A DNA stretch of 57,031 nt from Solirubrobacterales bacterium (GCA_036259555.1 DATABM010000117.1:1-57031); one strand, 5' to 3'. Counted from the first letter of the stretch, positions 24,678-33,545 are shown. A program made the numbers and translations. Notes: generated from the letters alone by a model not told the origin.

Positions 24678-25514
24678 TCAGACCGGCGCGACCGCGCCGC
24701 TCGCGACGAGGGCGAGGACGAGGACGCCGAGCCCGACGCGGTAGACGATGAAGACCGAGTAGGTGTGGCGGGCGATGTAGCGCAGCAGCCAGGAGACGGC
24801 GGCGAAGGCGACGGCGAAGCTGACCAGCGTCGCGACGATCGTCGGTCCCCAGCCGACGCCGGTTGAGATGCGGTCGAACTCGTCGACCGTCTGCAGGATT
24901 CCGGCGCCGGTCAGGGCCGGGATCGAGAGGAAGAACGAGAGCCGCGTCACCGCGACGCGGTCGATGCCGCGCAGCAGGCCGGCCGACATCGTCGCGCCGG
25001 AACGGGAGACGCCCGGCACCAGTGCAAGGCACTGCACGAGGCCGATGACCAGGGTGTCGCGCCAGGTCACGTCTTCCTCGTGGCGCTCCTGGGTGGCGCG
25101 ACTGTCGGCGAACCACATCACGCCGCTCCAGAGGATCAGCGCGCCGCCGACGAACCAGAGGCTGCGCAGCGTCGTCTCGATCTCGTCCTTGAAGGCGAGA
25201 CCGACCACTGCGATCGGCAACGAGCCGAGGACCACCGCCCAGGCGAAGCGATAGTCGGGAGCGCCGCGCTGCCTGGCGTCGCGCAAGCCAACCAGCCAGG
25301 CCCGCGCCATGCGGACGATGTCGCGTCGCAGGAAGATCACGGTTGCCGCCACCGCACCCACCTGGACGATCGCCGTGAAGGCGGTGATGTCGGGGTCGTC
25401 GGTCGAGTGGCCGAGGAGCCGCTCGAGGATCGTCAGGTGCCCCGTGCTGGACACCGGCAGGAACTCGGTGAGCCCCTCGACCGCGCCGAGGAGGATCGCT
25501 TCCCACCACTCCAT
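24678..25514 (-). CDS. uppP: Undecaprenyl-diphosphate phosphatase
   Basis: 278-aa polytopic ORF with the EGLTEFLPVSSTGHL and PGVSRSGATM BacA/UppP signatures. Confidence 0.9.
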   Translation of the reverse strand: MEWWEAILLGAVEGLTEFLPVSSTGHLTILERLLGHSTDDPDITAFTAIVQVGAVAATVIFLRRDIVRMARAWLVGLRDARQRGAPDYRFAWAVVLGSLPIAVVGLAFKDEIETTLRSLWFVGGALILWSGVMWFADSRATQERHEEDVTWRDTLVIGLVQCLALVPGVSRSGATMSAGLLRGIDRVAVTRLSFFLSIPALTGAGILQTVDEFDRISTGVGWGPTIVATLVSFAVAFAAVSWLLRYIARHTYSVFIVYRVGLGVLVLALVASGAVAPV

Positions 25515-25534
25515 GGCGGGTGATCCTATTTGGG

Positions 25535-25631
25535 GGACCGGGGGTGTCCCCCCGACGGAACCCGCGACGGTCCGCCCGCCCGTCCCAACCTCAGTGGCTC
25601 ACAAGTTCCGCTGGGGGGACACCCCCGGTCC
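25535..25631. repeat. Long inverted repeat (19-bp perfect arms) in the uppP / small-ORF divergent spacer
   Basis: ggaccgggggtgtcccccc (25535-25553) is the exact reverse complement of ggggggacacccccggtcc (25613-25631). An inner 6-bp extension pairs cggaac with gttccg (25556-61 / 25605-10). Confidence 0.8.
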
Positions 25632-25650
25632 TTGCGGTAGATTTCGGCCC

Positions 25651-25908
25651 ATGAAGGTCTTCTCGCTCACCAGCCGATTGGCTGTCGCCCTTTGCGCCGC
25701 ATTCGCATTGGTGCTCGTCGCCGCGCCTGCCGCTCTGGCCGAAAACGGCGCCGGGCTCGCCGGGCCGGTGACCGACAAGACGATCACCTTCTTCTGCTTC
25801 GGCGTGATCGCCTTCTTTGCGATCCTCGTGATCGGCCTCTCCCTGCTTCAGGGCAGGCTCGAGAAGCGCAAGGAACAGCGGTACGACACCCTGAAACGGC
25901 TCTCCTGA
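25651..25908 (+). CDS. Small secreted/membrane-anchored protein, unknown function
   Basis: 85 aa from the ATG at 25651. It has a signal-peptide-like N-terminus (...AAPAALA-ENG), one C-terminal TM segment and a basic tail. Confidence 0.55.
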   Translation: MKVFSLTSRLAVALCAAFALVLVAAPAALAENGAGLAGPVTDKTITFFCFGVIAFFAILVIGLSLLQGRLEKRKEQRYDTLKRLS

Positions 25909-26001
25909 CGGCCCGGAGGGGCGCCGGCCGGCGTCCTCGGTTGCTCGCGTGCGGTGCACGCCACGCTCCCTGCGTCCTCGCCTGACACCCCCCAGGCCAC
26001 G

Positions 26002-26904
26002 TCAGGCCAATTTGAAGCCGCTCAGCAAACGTTTCTCGGTCTCGCCCTCGATCTGGGCGATCACTTCGACCCGGCCCTCGAGCGGCGTACCGCGGATCTT
26101 CGTCGCGAGCAGGTCGTCGACCTGGAAGATCCCGGCCGAGTTGTTGAGGTCGATCTCGATCCGAATCGGCCGCTCCCCGCCGGCCTCGATCCGCACCTCG
26201 TCAACGGCGGCCGCCGAGATCGAGTGGATGCCCTCCTGGCCGCTTTCGAGCGGAATGCGGGTGCGCCCCTGGGCCATGTCGAGCGCGTCGGCGACCCGCA
26301 CCACGCCCGCCTCCAAGGTGTAGGGCTCGCCGCGGCGGCGGTGCCCGATGATCGCGTGGAGAATCTCGGAGGCGATCACCGTTCGCTCCGGTTGCGCGTA
26401 GGCGTCGGCCAGCAGCCGATCGAGCGCGCCGGCGGCGAGGAAGAGGCTGTAGGACTCGTGGTCGGCGCGATGGATCGACATGCCGACGTCGTGGAGCAGC
26501 GCGCCGCCCGCGACGACCACCTCCGCGTCGCGCCGCGACATCCCGTGGTCGGCGACGACCGCGGGCTCCACGCCGGCCTTGACGAGCAGCCGCAGCAGCC
26601 GCAGGGAGATGTTGAGGACGATCTGGACGTGGACCCACGAGTGATCCGACATGCGCAGCCGTTCGGCGTGCACCTGGGCCATGTACCACCAGGCCCGCAC
26701 CTGCTCATCGCCGTTGACGGCCTCTAGGAAGCGCTCGAGGCGGCGGTTGCCTCGCGCCGGCGCCCTCACCCTGGCCTCGGCGATCGCCTCGCCCGGCGGC
26801 TTTCGCTTGGGACCGCCGGGGTCGGGCGCTGGGACTACGTCCTCGGGCATCGCGGCGCCATCGTAGGGGACCCGCCGTGAGTTAGACACCCTATGGGTGC
26901 TCAA
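26002..26904 (-). CDS. HD-domain metal-dependent phosphohydrolase
   Basis: Strings SDHSWVHVQ ... LLHDVGMSIHRADHE (HD motif). The start is uncertain (ATG at 26904 or at 26850). Confidence 0.75.
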   Translation of the reverse strand: MSTHRVSNSRRVPYDGAAMPEDVVPAPDPGGPKRKPPGEAIAEARVRAPARGNRRLERFLEAVNGDEQVRAWWYMAQVHAERLRMSDHSWVHVQIVLNISLRLLRLLVKAGVEPAVVADHGMSRRDAEVVVAGGALLHDVGMSIHRADHESYSLFLAAGALDRLLADAYAQPERTVIASEILHAIIGHRRRGEPYTLEAGVVRVADALDMAQGRTRIPLESGQEGIHSISAAAVDEVRIEAGGERPIRIEIDLNNSAGIFQVDDLLATKIRGTPLEGRVEVIAQIEGETEKRLLSGFKLA

Positions 26905-26920
26905 CTACCGGCGGGTCCAG

Positions 26921-27409
26921 TCAGCCGCAGACGGGCCAGGGGCTGGAGCCCGACTGCGCGTAGAGCAGCGCCGCGCGGTAGTCCTGCTCCGCCTCGGAAG
27001 CGGCGGCGGGGTCGCCGGAGCCGCCGACCGCGGCCCAGGTTTCGAAGGAGAACTGGTACTTGCCGCGGTAGGAGCCGTCGGAGGAGACGGCGGTGGGATC
27101 GCCCCCAGACTCGCAGGCGGCGATTGCGTCGAGCGTCGACATCGAGACCCCGGCAGGGAGCGTCGCGAACGCTTCCCGTTCCTCGCGACGGATCCGCGCG
27201 CGACGCTGAGTGCGTATCCGCCGAGCCGCCTGGCGCATCTCGCGACGAAGCGTCGCTGCGTGATCGGCGACGAGGACTCCGCCGACCGGCACGCCGGCCG
27301 CGACGGCGATGCGCGGCTCCGCGGCGTCCTCGTCAGCGCCGAAGGCTGCGGCCGGCGCGGCCAAGACTATGAGGGAAATGACCAGGGAATATGTGTTTTT
27401 TGTAAGCAA
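26921..27409 (-). CDS. Secreted Rpf-like (resuscitation-promoting factor) transglycosylase-domain protein
   Basis: Signal peptide followed by a C-terminal IAACESGGDPTAVSSDGSYRGKYQFSFETW...PWPVCG Rpf/transglycosylase-like domain. TTG start. Confidence 0.8.
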   Translation of the reverse strand: MLTKNTYSLVISLIVLAAPAAAFGADEDAAEPRIAVAAGVPVGGVLVADHAATLRREMRQAARRIRTQRRARIRREEREAFATLPAGVSMSTLDAIAACESGGDPTAVSSDGSYRGKYQFSFETWAAVGGSGDPAAASEAEQDYRAALLYAQSGSSPWPVCG

Positions 27410-27501
27410 GCGCGGAACCGTGGCGGTATTCCGCGGTACGCAAAGTGAGCCCGGTCACATAAGACCGGCCGCCAGGCACGAATTCGCAAGCGACCGCCCG
27501 G

Positions 27502-28545
27502 CTAAACGGCGCGGCCGGTGACCATCGCCAGGCTTGGCAAGGTGCGGAAGGTGTCGATGCGGACGTCGCCGAAGCCGGACTCCGAGAGCCACCTCGACAT
27601 CTCCTCCCTCGTGTAGGTGTCGGCACCCGAGGTGAGGTGGAAGAAGAGCCCGAGGATCGAACCCGAGTCCGGCTTCTGGCCGGGCGGCCGGTCGTAAAGG
27701 TCGAGCACGCATAGTGGCGCTCCGGGCCGCAGCGCCGTCCGGATGCGACTGAAGAGCTCGCGGATCTGCTCTGGCGTCAGGTGGTGGATGATGTTGAAGC
27801 AGAGGGCGCCGTCATGGTGCCCCTCGATCTCGACCTCGAACATGTCCCCCTCGAGGTGGCTGACCCGGTCGCTCATCCCCGCCTCGGCGACGATCTCGCG
27901 TCCGACCGCGGCGCTGCCGGGAAGGTCGATGACGGTCGCCTTCAGCCCCTGGTGACGGCGGCAGAGCGCCATCGAGAACTCGCCGTGGCCGCCGGCTACG
28001 TCGAGGATCGAGTGGGCGTTGTCAGCCAGTGGCACCGCCTTGGCGACCTCGTCGCTGGAGAGGCGTGCCACCTGGTACTGGCCGCGAATGTAGGAGCGCC
28101 AGTAGGGATCGTCGGGGGACTTGGCGTGCAGCTCGGCGTGGCTGCCGTCGCGCACCAGGCGCTCCAGGTCGCCCCACCACTCCCAGTAATAGCCGGTGTC
28201 GGCGAGGAAGTCGCCGACGTAGCGGTCCGAGGAGGGATCGAGCCATCGCTTCGCCCGCCCGGTCATCTCGTACTTGCCGTCGGGTCGAAGCTTCAGATGC
28301 CCCAGCGAGGCGATCACGTCGAGTACCCGCTGCGTCCCGGCCGCCTGCAGGCCGAGATGCTCGGCCAGCTCGGCCGGCTCACGCGGGCCCTCGGCCAGCG
28401 CCGTCAACATCCCCGTGCTCTGCGCCACCTGCAGCGAGCGGGCCACCGGCATTGCGAACATCGCCTCGCCGATCGGCGTCGGCAGCTGGTTGAGCAGGAG
28501 ACCGAGTCGCTCGACAGGGCCGTCCGGTTGTGCGGCGATCCGCAT
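27502..28545 (-). CDS. Class I SAM-dependent O-methyltransferase (family 2, with N-terminal dimerisation/wHTH domain)
   Basis: 347-aa ORF with SAM motif I ILDVAGGHGEF and downstream motifs in the order of plant/bacterial OMT family 2. Confidence 0.8.
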   Translation of the reverse strand: MRIAAQPDGPVERLGLLLNQLPTPIGEAMFAMPVARSLQVAQSTGMLTALAEGPREPAELAEHLGLQAAGTQRVLDVIASLGHLKLRPDGKYEMTGRAKRWLDPSSDRYVGDFLADTGYYWEWWGDLERLVRDGSHAELHAKSPDDPYWRSYIRGQYQVARLSSDEVAKAVPLADNAHSILDVAGGHGEFSMALCRRHQGLKATVIDLPGSAAVGREIVAEAGMSDRVSHLEGDMFEVEIEGHHDGALCFNIIHHLTPEQIRELFSRIRTALRPGAPLCVLDLYDRPPGQKPDSGSILGLFFHLTSGADTYTREEMSRWLSESGFGDVRIDTFRTLPSLAMVTGRAV

Positions 28546-28574
28546 GGCGGCCAGCCTAGCGGCATGATTCCCGG

Positions 28575-29429
28575 ATCGCCGAGGATCACGCCACCTCCCG
28601 CCTCCTGCTTGCCTGCCCCGACCGGCCCGGGCTGATCGCTGCGGTCAGCGGCTTCCTCGCCGAGGCGGGCCGCAACATCGTCGACGCCGACCAACACTCG
28701 AGCGACGAGGGGCGCTTCTTCATGCGGATGGTCTTCGAGCCGGCCCCCGCCGAGGAGCGCGCCGAGCTCTACACCCGCTTCGCGCGGGATCTGGCCGAGC
28801 CGCTCGGCATGGACCACCGCTTCGCCGAGTCCAGCGAGCGCAAGCGCGTCGCGATCATGGTCTCGCGCGAAGACCACTGCCTCTCGGACCTGCTGTGGCG
28901 CTGGCGAAGCGGCGAGTTGGGCGCCGAGCTGGTCGCAGTCGTCTCGAACCACCCCGACCACGCCGGCCCGGTCGAGTCGCTCGGGCTCCCCTTCCACCAT
29001 GTCCCGGTCGAGAGGGGCGCGAAGGAGGCGGCGGAGCAGAGGATCCTGGAGGTGCTCGCCGGCGAGATCGACCTGCTCGTCCTCGCCCGCTACATGCAGA
29101 TCCTCTCTGCCGACTTCCTGGGCGGGGTCGGCGCACCGGCGATCAACATCCACCACAGCTTCCTGCCCGCCTTCGTCGGCGCCGACCCCTACGCGCGCGC
29201 CCACGAACGCGGCGTCAAGCTGATCGGCGCCACGGCCCACTACGTGACCGAGGAGCTCGACGCCGGCCCGATCATCGATCAGGACGTGGTGCGTGTGAGC
29301 CACCGCGACGAGATCACCGACCTGGTTCGAATCGGCCGCGACGTCGAGCGCCTAGTCCTCGCCCGCGCCGTCAAGGCGCATCTCGACGACCGCGTCCTGC
29401 TCGACGGCGACCGGACGATCGTCTTCTGA
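28575..29429 (+). CDS. purU: Formyltetrahydrofolate deformylase (start codon unresolved)
   Basis: The ACT domain (LLLACPDRPGLIAAVSGFLAEAGRNIV) and formyltransferase core (SNHPD, HHSFLPAF) are in one frame, open only from 28560. There is no ATG/GTG/TTG before the ATG at 28722. The only options are ATC at 28575 or CTG at 28605. Confidence 0.8.
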   Translation: MAEDHATSRLLLACPDRPGLIAAVSGFLAEAGRNIVDADQHSSDEGRFFMRMVFEPAPAEERAELYTRFARDLAEPLGMDHRFAESSERKRVAIMVSREDHCLSDLLWRWRSGELGAELVAVVSNHPDHAGPVESLGLPFHHVPVERGAKEAAEQRILEVLAGEIDLLVLARYMQILSADFLGGVGAPAINIHHSFLPAFVGADPYARAHERGVKLIGATAHYVTEELDAGPIIDQDVVRVSHRDEITDLVRIGRDVERLVLARAVKAHLDDRVLLDGDRTIVF

Positions 29430-29472
29430 GCACCGACTGGCTGCCCAGCCAGTCGGTGTCATAGTTACGCCG

Positions 29473-29995
29473 ATGGAGCAGGCGACCCTGCGGCGACCCA
29501 TTGCGGCATCCCCGCCCTCGTCGCTGCCAGGATCCTCCGCGCCGGCCCTCGTTCAGGGTCTCCGCTACGCGCGCGACCCGCTCGGCTTCCTCGGCCGCTT
29601 CCAGCGCCGCTACGGCGACGTCTTCGCGGTCTCGTTCCCGTATTTCGGTCGCGTCGTCTACGTCGCCGACCCCGAGCTGGTCAAAGCGGTCTTCACCGGC
29701 CCGCCGGAGCGTTTCCACGCCGGTGAGGCCAACGCGACCGTGCTCGAGCCGGCGCTTGGCCCCAACTCGGTGCTGACGCTCGATGAAGTACGTCTGGATC
29801 CCGTTCGGCGGCGGCGTCCGCCGCTGCATCGGAGCTGCCTTCGCCGAATACGAGATGCGGGTCGTCCTGCGGACGATGCTGGAGCGTGCGGACCTGCGGG
29901 CGCCGAACCCGAAGCCGGAGCATGTCAAGGTCCGCAACATCACCCTCGCTCCCGCCCAGGGAGCCCGCGTCACCCTCACTCGGCCGCTGCGCTGA
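29473..29995 (+). pseudogene. Cytochrome P450 relic (internal deletion plus frameshift)
   Basis: A P450 N-terminal region of about 105 aa (29473 to ~29785) abuts, in another frame, the C-terminal heme loop FGGGVRRCIG and tail (29783-29995). The I-helix and ExxR regions are absent. Confidence 0.75.
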
Positions 29996-31880
29996 CCTGC
30001 GCCTCGGCCGCTTCCCACTGCTCGTAGAGCTCCGCGACCGCCCGTTTCGCCTCGGCGTGACGCTCGTTCGCCCGCTCCGCCCGGCCCGGGCTCGACCATG
30101 CGGCGGGATCGGCCAGCTCGTCCTCGACCTCGCGCAGCTCGGCCTCCGCCCGCTCGATCTTCTCGGCGAGGCGACTCGCCTTGCGCGCCGCGCGCTGCGA
30201 CTCGCGGCGCCCGTGCTGCCGGCTCTTCGGCCGGTTCGCCCTCGGCGCCAGCGCGGCAGCCGCGGCCGCGTCTCGCTCATCGCGCTGGCGTTGGTACTCG
30301 GCCCAACCGACCGGGTGCGATCGCAAAGCTCCATCCTCGATGGCGAGCGTCCGTGTGCCGATCGCCTCCAGCAGCGCCCGGTCGTGGGAGACCAGGATCA
30401 CCGCGCCCTCGAAGGCCGCGAGGGCGTCCTCGAGCGCCTCGCGGCTCTCCACGTCGAGGTGGTTGGTCGGCTCGTCGAGGATCAGCAGGTTGGCGCCCGA
30501 AGCGACGAGGATCGCGAGCGAGAGCCGCCGCTGCTCGCCGCCGGAGATGTCGCGCAGCGACTTCTCCGCCTCGGCGCCCGAGAAGAGGAAGCCGCCGAGC
30601 AGCTCGCGCGCCTTGCGCCCGCTGAGCCCCGTCTCTCGCCGCACCGCGTCGAGCACCGTCCCCTCCCCGGCCGCCGTGTCGGCGTGCTGGGAGAGATAGC
30701 CGACCTTGACGTTGTGGCCGGTCCAGACCGAACCCGACTCGGGTTCGCGCTGACTCGCCAGCGTCTCGATCAGCGTCGTCTTGCCGGCACCGTTGGGCCC
30801 CACCAGCACGACGTGTTCGCCCCGCTCGACCTCGAGCCCGGCGCCGGAGAGCAGCGTGCGGCCCGGCACGGCGATCGTCGCGTTGCGCAGCTTCAGCACG
30901 ACGCGGCCGGGCCGCTCGGGCTGCGGGAAGGAGAAGCGCAGGCGGCGTTCGTCGCGGCGCTCCGCCCCGGCTCCGTCGTCCTTCAGCTTTTCGATCTTCT
31001 TCAGCCGGTCCTGGGCCTGCCGCGCCTTGGTTGCCTTGTAGCGAAAGCGCTCGACGAAGCGCTCCATGCGGGCGATCTCGGCTTCCTGGCGCTCTACCGC
31101 CTTGCCGCGGGCGATCTCGCGCGCGGCGTGCTCCTTGCGCCAAGCGTGCCACGGCCCGGCAAAGAAGCGGCCGCGCTTGCCGTCGAGCTCCAGCACCGCA
31201 GTCCCCACCGCCTCCAGGAACCAGCGGTCGTGGGCGACGAGCACAACGGCTGCGTCGAGCTCCAGCAGGTATCCCTCCAGCCACTCGAGGGCCGGGATGT
31301 CGAGATGGTTGGTCGGCTCGTCGAGCAGCAGCAGGTCCGGCTTGGCGGCGAGCGCCCGGGCGAGCGAGATCCGGGTCAGCTCGCCGCCCGAAAAGCCGGC
31401 GAGGGGTCGATCGAGCTCGTCCCCTTCGAAACCGAGGCCGCGCAGGACCGCCAGCACCCCCTCGCGCCAGTGGTAGCCGCCGCCGTGCTCGAAGCGGCCC
31501 TGGGCCGCCGCGTAGGCGCGCAGGGTCTCCTCCCCGGGCGAGCCGTCGGCCATCGCCGCCTCGAGCTTCTCCAGCTCCGCCTCGGCGGCGAGCATCTCGG
31601 CGCGACCGCCGAACACGTACTCGCCCAGGGAGGCGTCTGTGTGACGCGGCGGCCGCTGGTCGTGGAGGGCGACGCGACCGCCCTTTTGCACCGAGACACT
31701 GCCGCCGTCCGGACTCCGCTCCCCGGCCAGGACCCTCAGCAGGGTCGACTTGCCGGCGCCGTTGCGCCCGGACAGGGTCATCCGCTCCCGCCGCTCCAGC
31801 TTGAAGGAGACGTCGGCGAAGAGCAGCTCGCCGCCGACGTAGACGTCGATCGATTTCGCGGTCGCTACAGCCATGGTCAA
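29976..31880 (-). CDS. ABC-F family ATPase (two ABC cassettes, C-terminal coiled coil; Uup/EttA-like)
   Basis: 634-aa ORF with two Walker A motifs (GRNGAGKST, GPNGAGKTT), two signatures (FSGGELTR, ISGGEQRR) and no TM segments. Confidence 0.9.
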   Translation of the reverse strand: MTMAVATAKSIDVYVGGELLFADVSFKLERRERMTLSGRNGAGKSTLLRVLAGERSPDGGSVSVQKGGRVALHDQRPPRHTDASLGEYVFGGRAEMLAAEAELEKLEAAMADGSPGEETLRAYAAAQGRFEHGGGYHWREGVLAVLRGLGFEGDELDRPLAGFSGGELTRISLARALAAKPDLLLLDEPTNHLDIPALEWLEGYLLELDAAVVLVAHDRWFLEAVGTAVLELDGKRGRFFAGPWHAWRKEHAAREIARGKAVERQEAEIARMERFVERFRYKATKARQAQDRLKKIEKLKDDGAGAERRDERRLRFSFPQPERPGRVVLKLRNATIAVPGRTLLSGAGLEVERGEHVVLVGPNGAGKTTLIETLASQREPESGSVWTGHNVKVGYLSQHADTAAGEGTVLDAVRRETGLSGRKARELLGGFLFSGAEAEKSLRDISGGEQRRLSLAILVASGANLLILDEPTNHLDVESREALEDALAAFEGAVILVSHDRALLEAIGTRTLAIEDGALRSHPVGWAEYQRQRDERDAAAAAALAPRANRPKSRQHGRRESQRAARKASRLAEKIERAEAELREVEDELADPAAWSSPGRAERANERHAEAKRAVAELYEQWEAAEAQVSAAAE

Positions 31881-31928
31881 GCGCCGTCCGGCGCGAACCC
31901 ATTGTGCCGCGCGCTCTAAGCTCAGGCG

Positions 31929-32435
31929 GTGGACCGGGAGCAGTTGCGAGAAATCCAGGCGCCGCTCAAGGAGCGCTATCGCGACGAGCCGCAGGCCGCG
32001 GTCGTGACGCTCGCGGCGAGCGGCCGGCTCGGCGAGGGCGTCTCATGCTCGGTGGAGACCGGCCGGGCGATCGCCGAGGCAGGCCTGCACCCCGCCACCG
32101 GCGGCGACGGCTCGCAGCTCTGCTCGGGAGACATGCTGCTCGAGGCGCTGGTCGCCTGCGCCGGCGTAACGCTGCGGGCGGTGGCGACCTCGCTCGGGAT
32201 CGCGGTCGAGTCGGGCACGGTGCATGCCGAGGGCGACCTCGACTTCCGCGGCACGCTTGCCGTCGATCGCGACGCGCCGGTCGGCTTTCGGGACATCCGG
32301 CTCGAGTTCGAGCTGGAGGCGGAGGCGAGCGAGGACGAGCTGGAGACGCTGCTGAAGCTGACCGAGCGCTACTGCGTCGTGTTCCAAACCCTGGCGAAAC
32401 CGCCCTCCCTCAGCGCCAGCCTCGCCAGCGCCTAG
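31929..32435 (+). CDS. OsmC/Ohr family peroxiredoxin-like protein
   Basis: 168-aa ORF with the two conserved Cys contexts (SQLCSGDMLLEALVACAG and TERYCVVFQTL). Confidence 0.85.
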   Translation: MDREQLREIQAPLKERYRDEPQAAVVTLAASGRLGEGVSCSVETGRAIAEAGLHPATGGDGSQLCSGDMLLEALVACAGVTLRAVATSLGIAVESGTVHAEGDLDFRGTLAVDRDAPVGFRDIRLEFELEAEASEDELETLLKLTERYCVVFQTLAKPPSLSASLASA

Positions 32436-32442
32436 CCAGCGG

Positions 32443-32994
32443 CTAGCCCGCGAGGAACTTCGCCGCGAGCAGCTCGATCGTCCCCTTGGTCCGCACCGTG
32501 ACGAGGCCGAGCGCCTCCCCGAGCGACTCCTGGTCGAGGTCGGAGCCCTGCGTGCCGGCGGTCGGCAGCCAATAGAGCTCACGACCGCGCAGCGCCAGGC
32601 GGTCGTTCTCGGTGGCGAGTGCCAGGACACGCTTCTTCGCGGCGGCGCTCGGCCTCTCGGCCATCAGGATCACCTGGAGCCGCCCTTCGGTCGCGGCGAC
32701 GACCTTCGGCTCGAAGGGCTCGTGCGCCGCGATCGCCCTCACCTGTCGCGCGGAGCGCAGAACGACCCGGACGTCGAAGCCGAGCGTGTCGCGCAAGGCC
32801 GCTTCGCTGCGCGCCAGGATCTCCGCCTCATTGCCGCTGGCCTCGAAGACGACGTTGCCGCTGGTCCGGAACGTGGCCACGTCCCCGAACCCGGCCGCCT
32901 CGAACGCCGCACGCAGGTCCGCGCTGCTGGCGCGCCGCTTGGCGCCGAGGTTGACGCCGCGCAGAAAGGCCACGTGGCGATTCACGGCGGTCAC
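32443..32994 (-). CDS. DUF1697 family protein
   Basis: HVAFLRGVNLGAKRR...DLRAAFEAAGFGDVATFRTSGNVVF is the characteristic DUF1697 N-terminus. GTG start at 32994 (or 32985). The upstream part of the ORF is treated as spurious. Confidence 0.75.
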   Translation of the reverse strand: MTAVNRHVAFLRGVNLGAKRRASSADLRAAFEAAGFGDVATFRTSGNVVFEASGNEAEILARSEAALRDTLGFDVRVVLRSARQVRAIAAHEPFEPKVVAATEGRLQVILMAERPSAAAKKRVLALATENDRLALRGRELYWLPTAGTQGSDLDQESLGEALGLVTVRTKGTIELLAAKFLAG

Positions 32995-33098
32995 CTTAGC
33001 TCCGGTCGCCTCCGCCGTTTGAAAGACGTGACAGTCGCGACACGGAATTTTTGGAATGTGCGCGCCACTCGTGCGCCAGTGCGTCTTACGGTGGAGCG

Positions 33099-33332
33099 AT
33101 GGCCCTGATCGACGCCCTCGCCGCTCGCGAATACCTCGAAGGAATCGTTGCCGCGTTTTCCGTCCTCGGCGGCGCGATGGCGTACTCGAGCGGTTTCGGG
33201 GCGGCCCGGGCACTTCTCATCGGATCGCCTCCGGAAGTCCTCGCCCATCAGGTCAACGAAGGAATCGCGTGGGGCTTCTTGTACGGATCGTCGCTCGCCA
33301 CCCTCGCGCTTATCATCATGGTGTGGACCTGA
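33099..33332 (+). CDS. Small membrane protein, unknown function
   Basis: 77 aa from the ATG at 33099 (GGTGGAG RBS), with two hydrophobic segments. Confidence 0.45.
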   Translation: MALIDALAAREYLEGIVAAFSVLGGAMAYSSGFGAARALLIGSPPEVLAHQVNEGIAWGFLYGSSLATLALIIMVWT

Positions 33333-33517
33333 TGGACCGCTTTGCCCTATCTCCATGGAGCCCGCTGATCATGGGCACCGTGTCCAGCGTGGCCATCCTC
33401 ATTGCCGTCTTCGGCTTCGGCGCTCACCCGCTGATCTTCCTCCCGGTGATGATCGGCGGCATGACGCTCGGTCTCGCACTCCAGACTCGCGCTGAGCGCC
33501 GCTCCGGGCGGTACTGA
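33332..33517 (+). CDS. Small membrane protein, unknown function
   Basis: 61 aa. Its ATG overlaps the stop of the preceding small ORF (TGATG). It has two hydrophobic segments. Confidence 0.4.
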   Translation: MDRFALSPWSPLIMGTVSSVAILIAVFGFGAHPLIFLPVMIGGMTLGLALQTRAERRSGRY

Positions 33518-33545
33518 CCCCACACGGTCCGGCGGGACCGAAAGA

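Noticed and set aside
27410-27501. A possible c-di-AMP (ydaO-type) riboswitch upstream of the Rpf-like gene, as seen for rpfA in other actinobacteria.
   Set aside because: Only about 92 nt of spacer is available. By eye it contains one 7-bp hairpin (cgcggaa...ttccgcg) and none of the conserved ydaO core strings I remember. An Infernal scan would be needed to overturn this.
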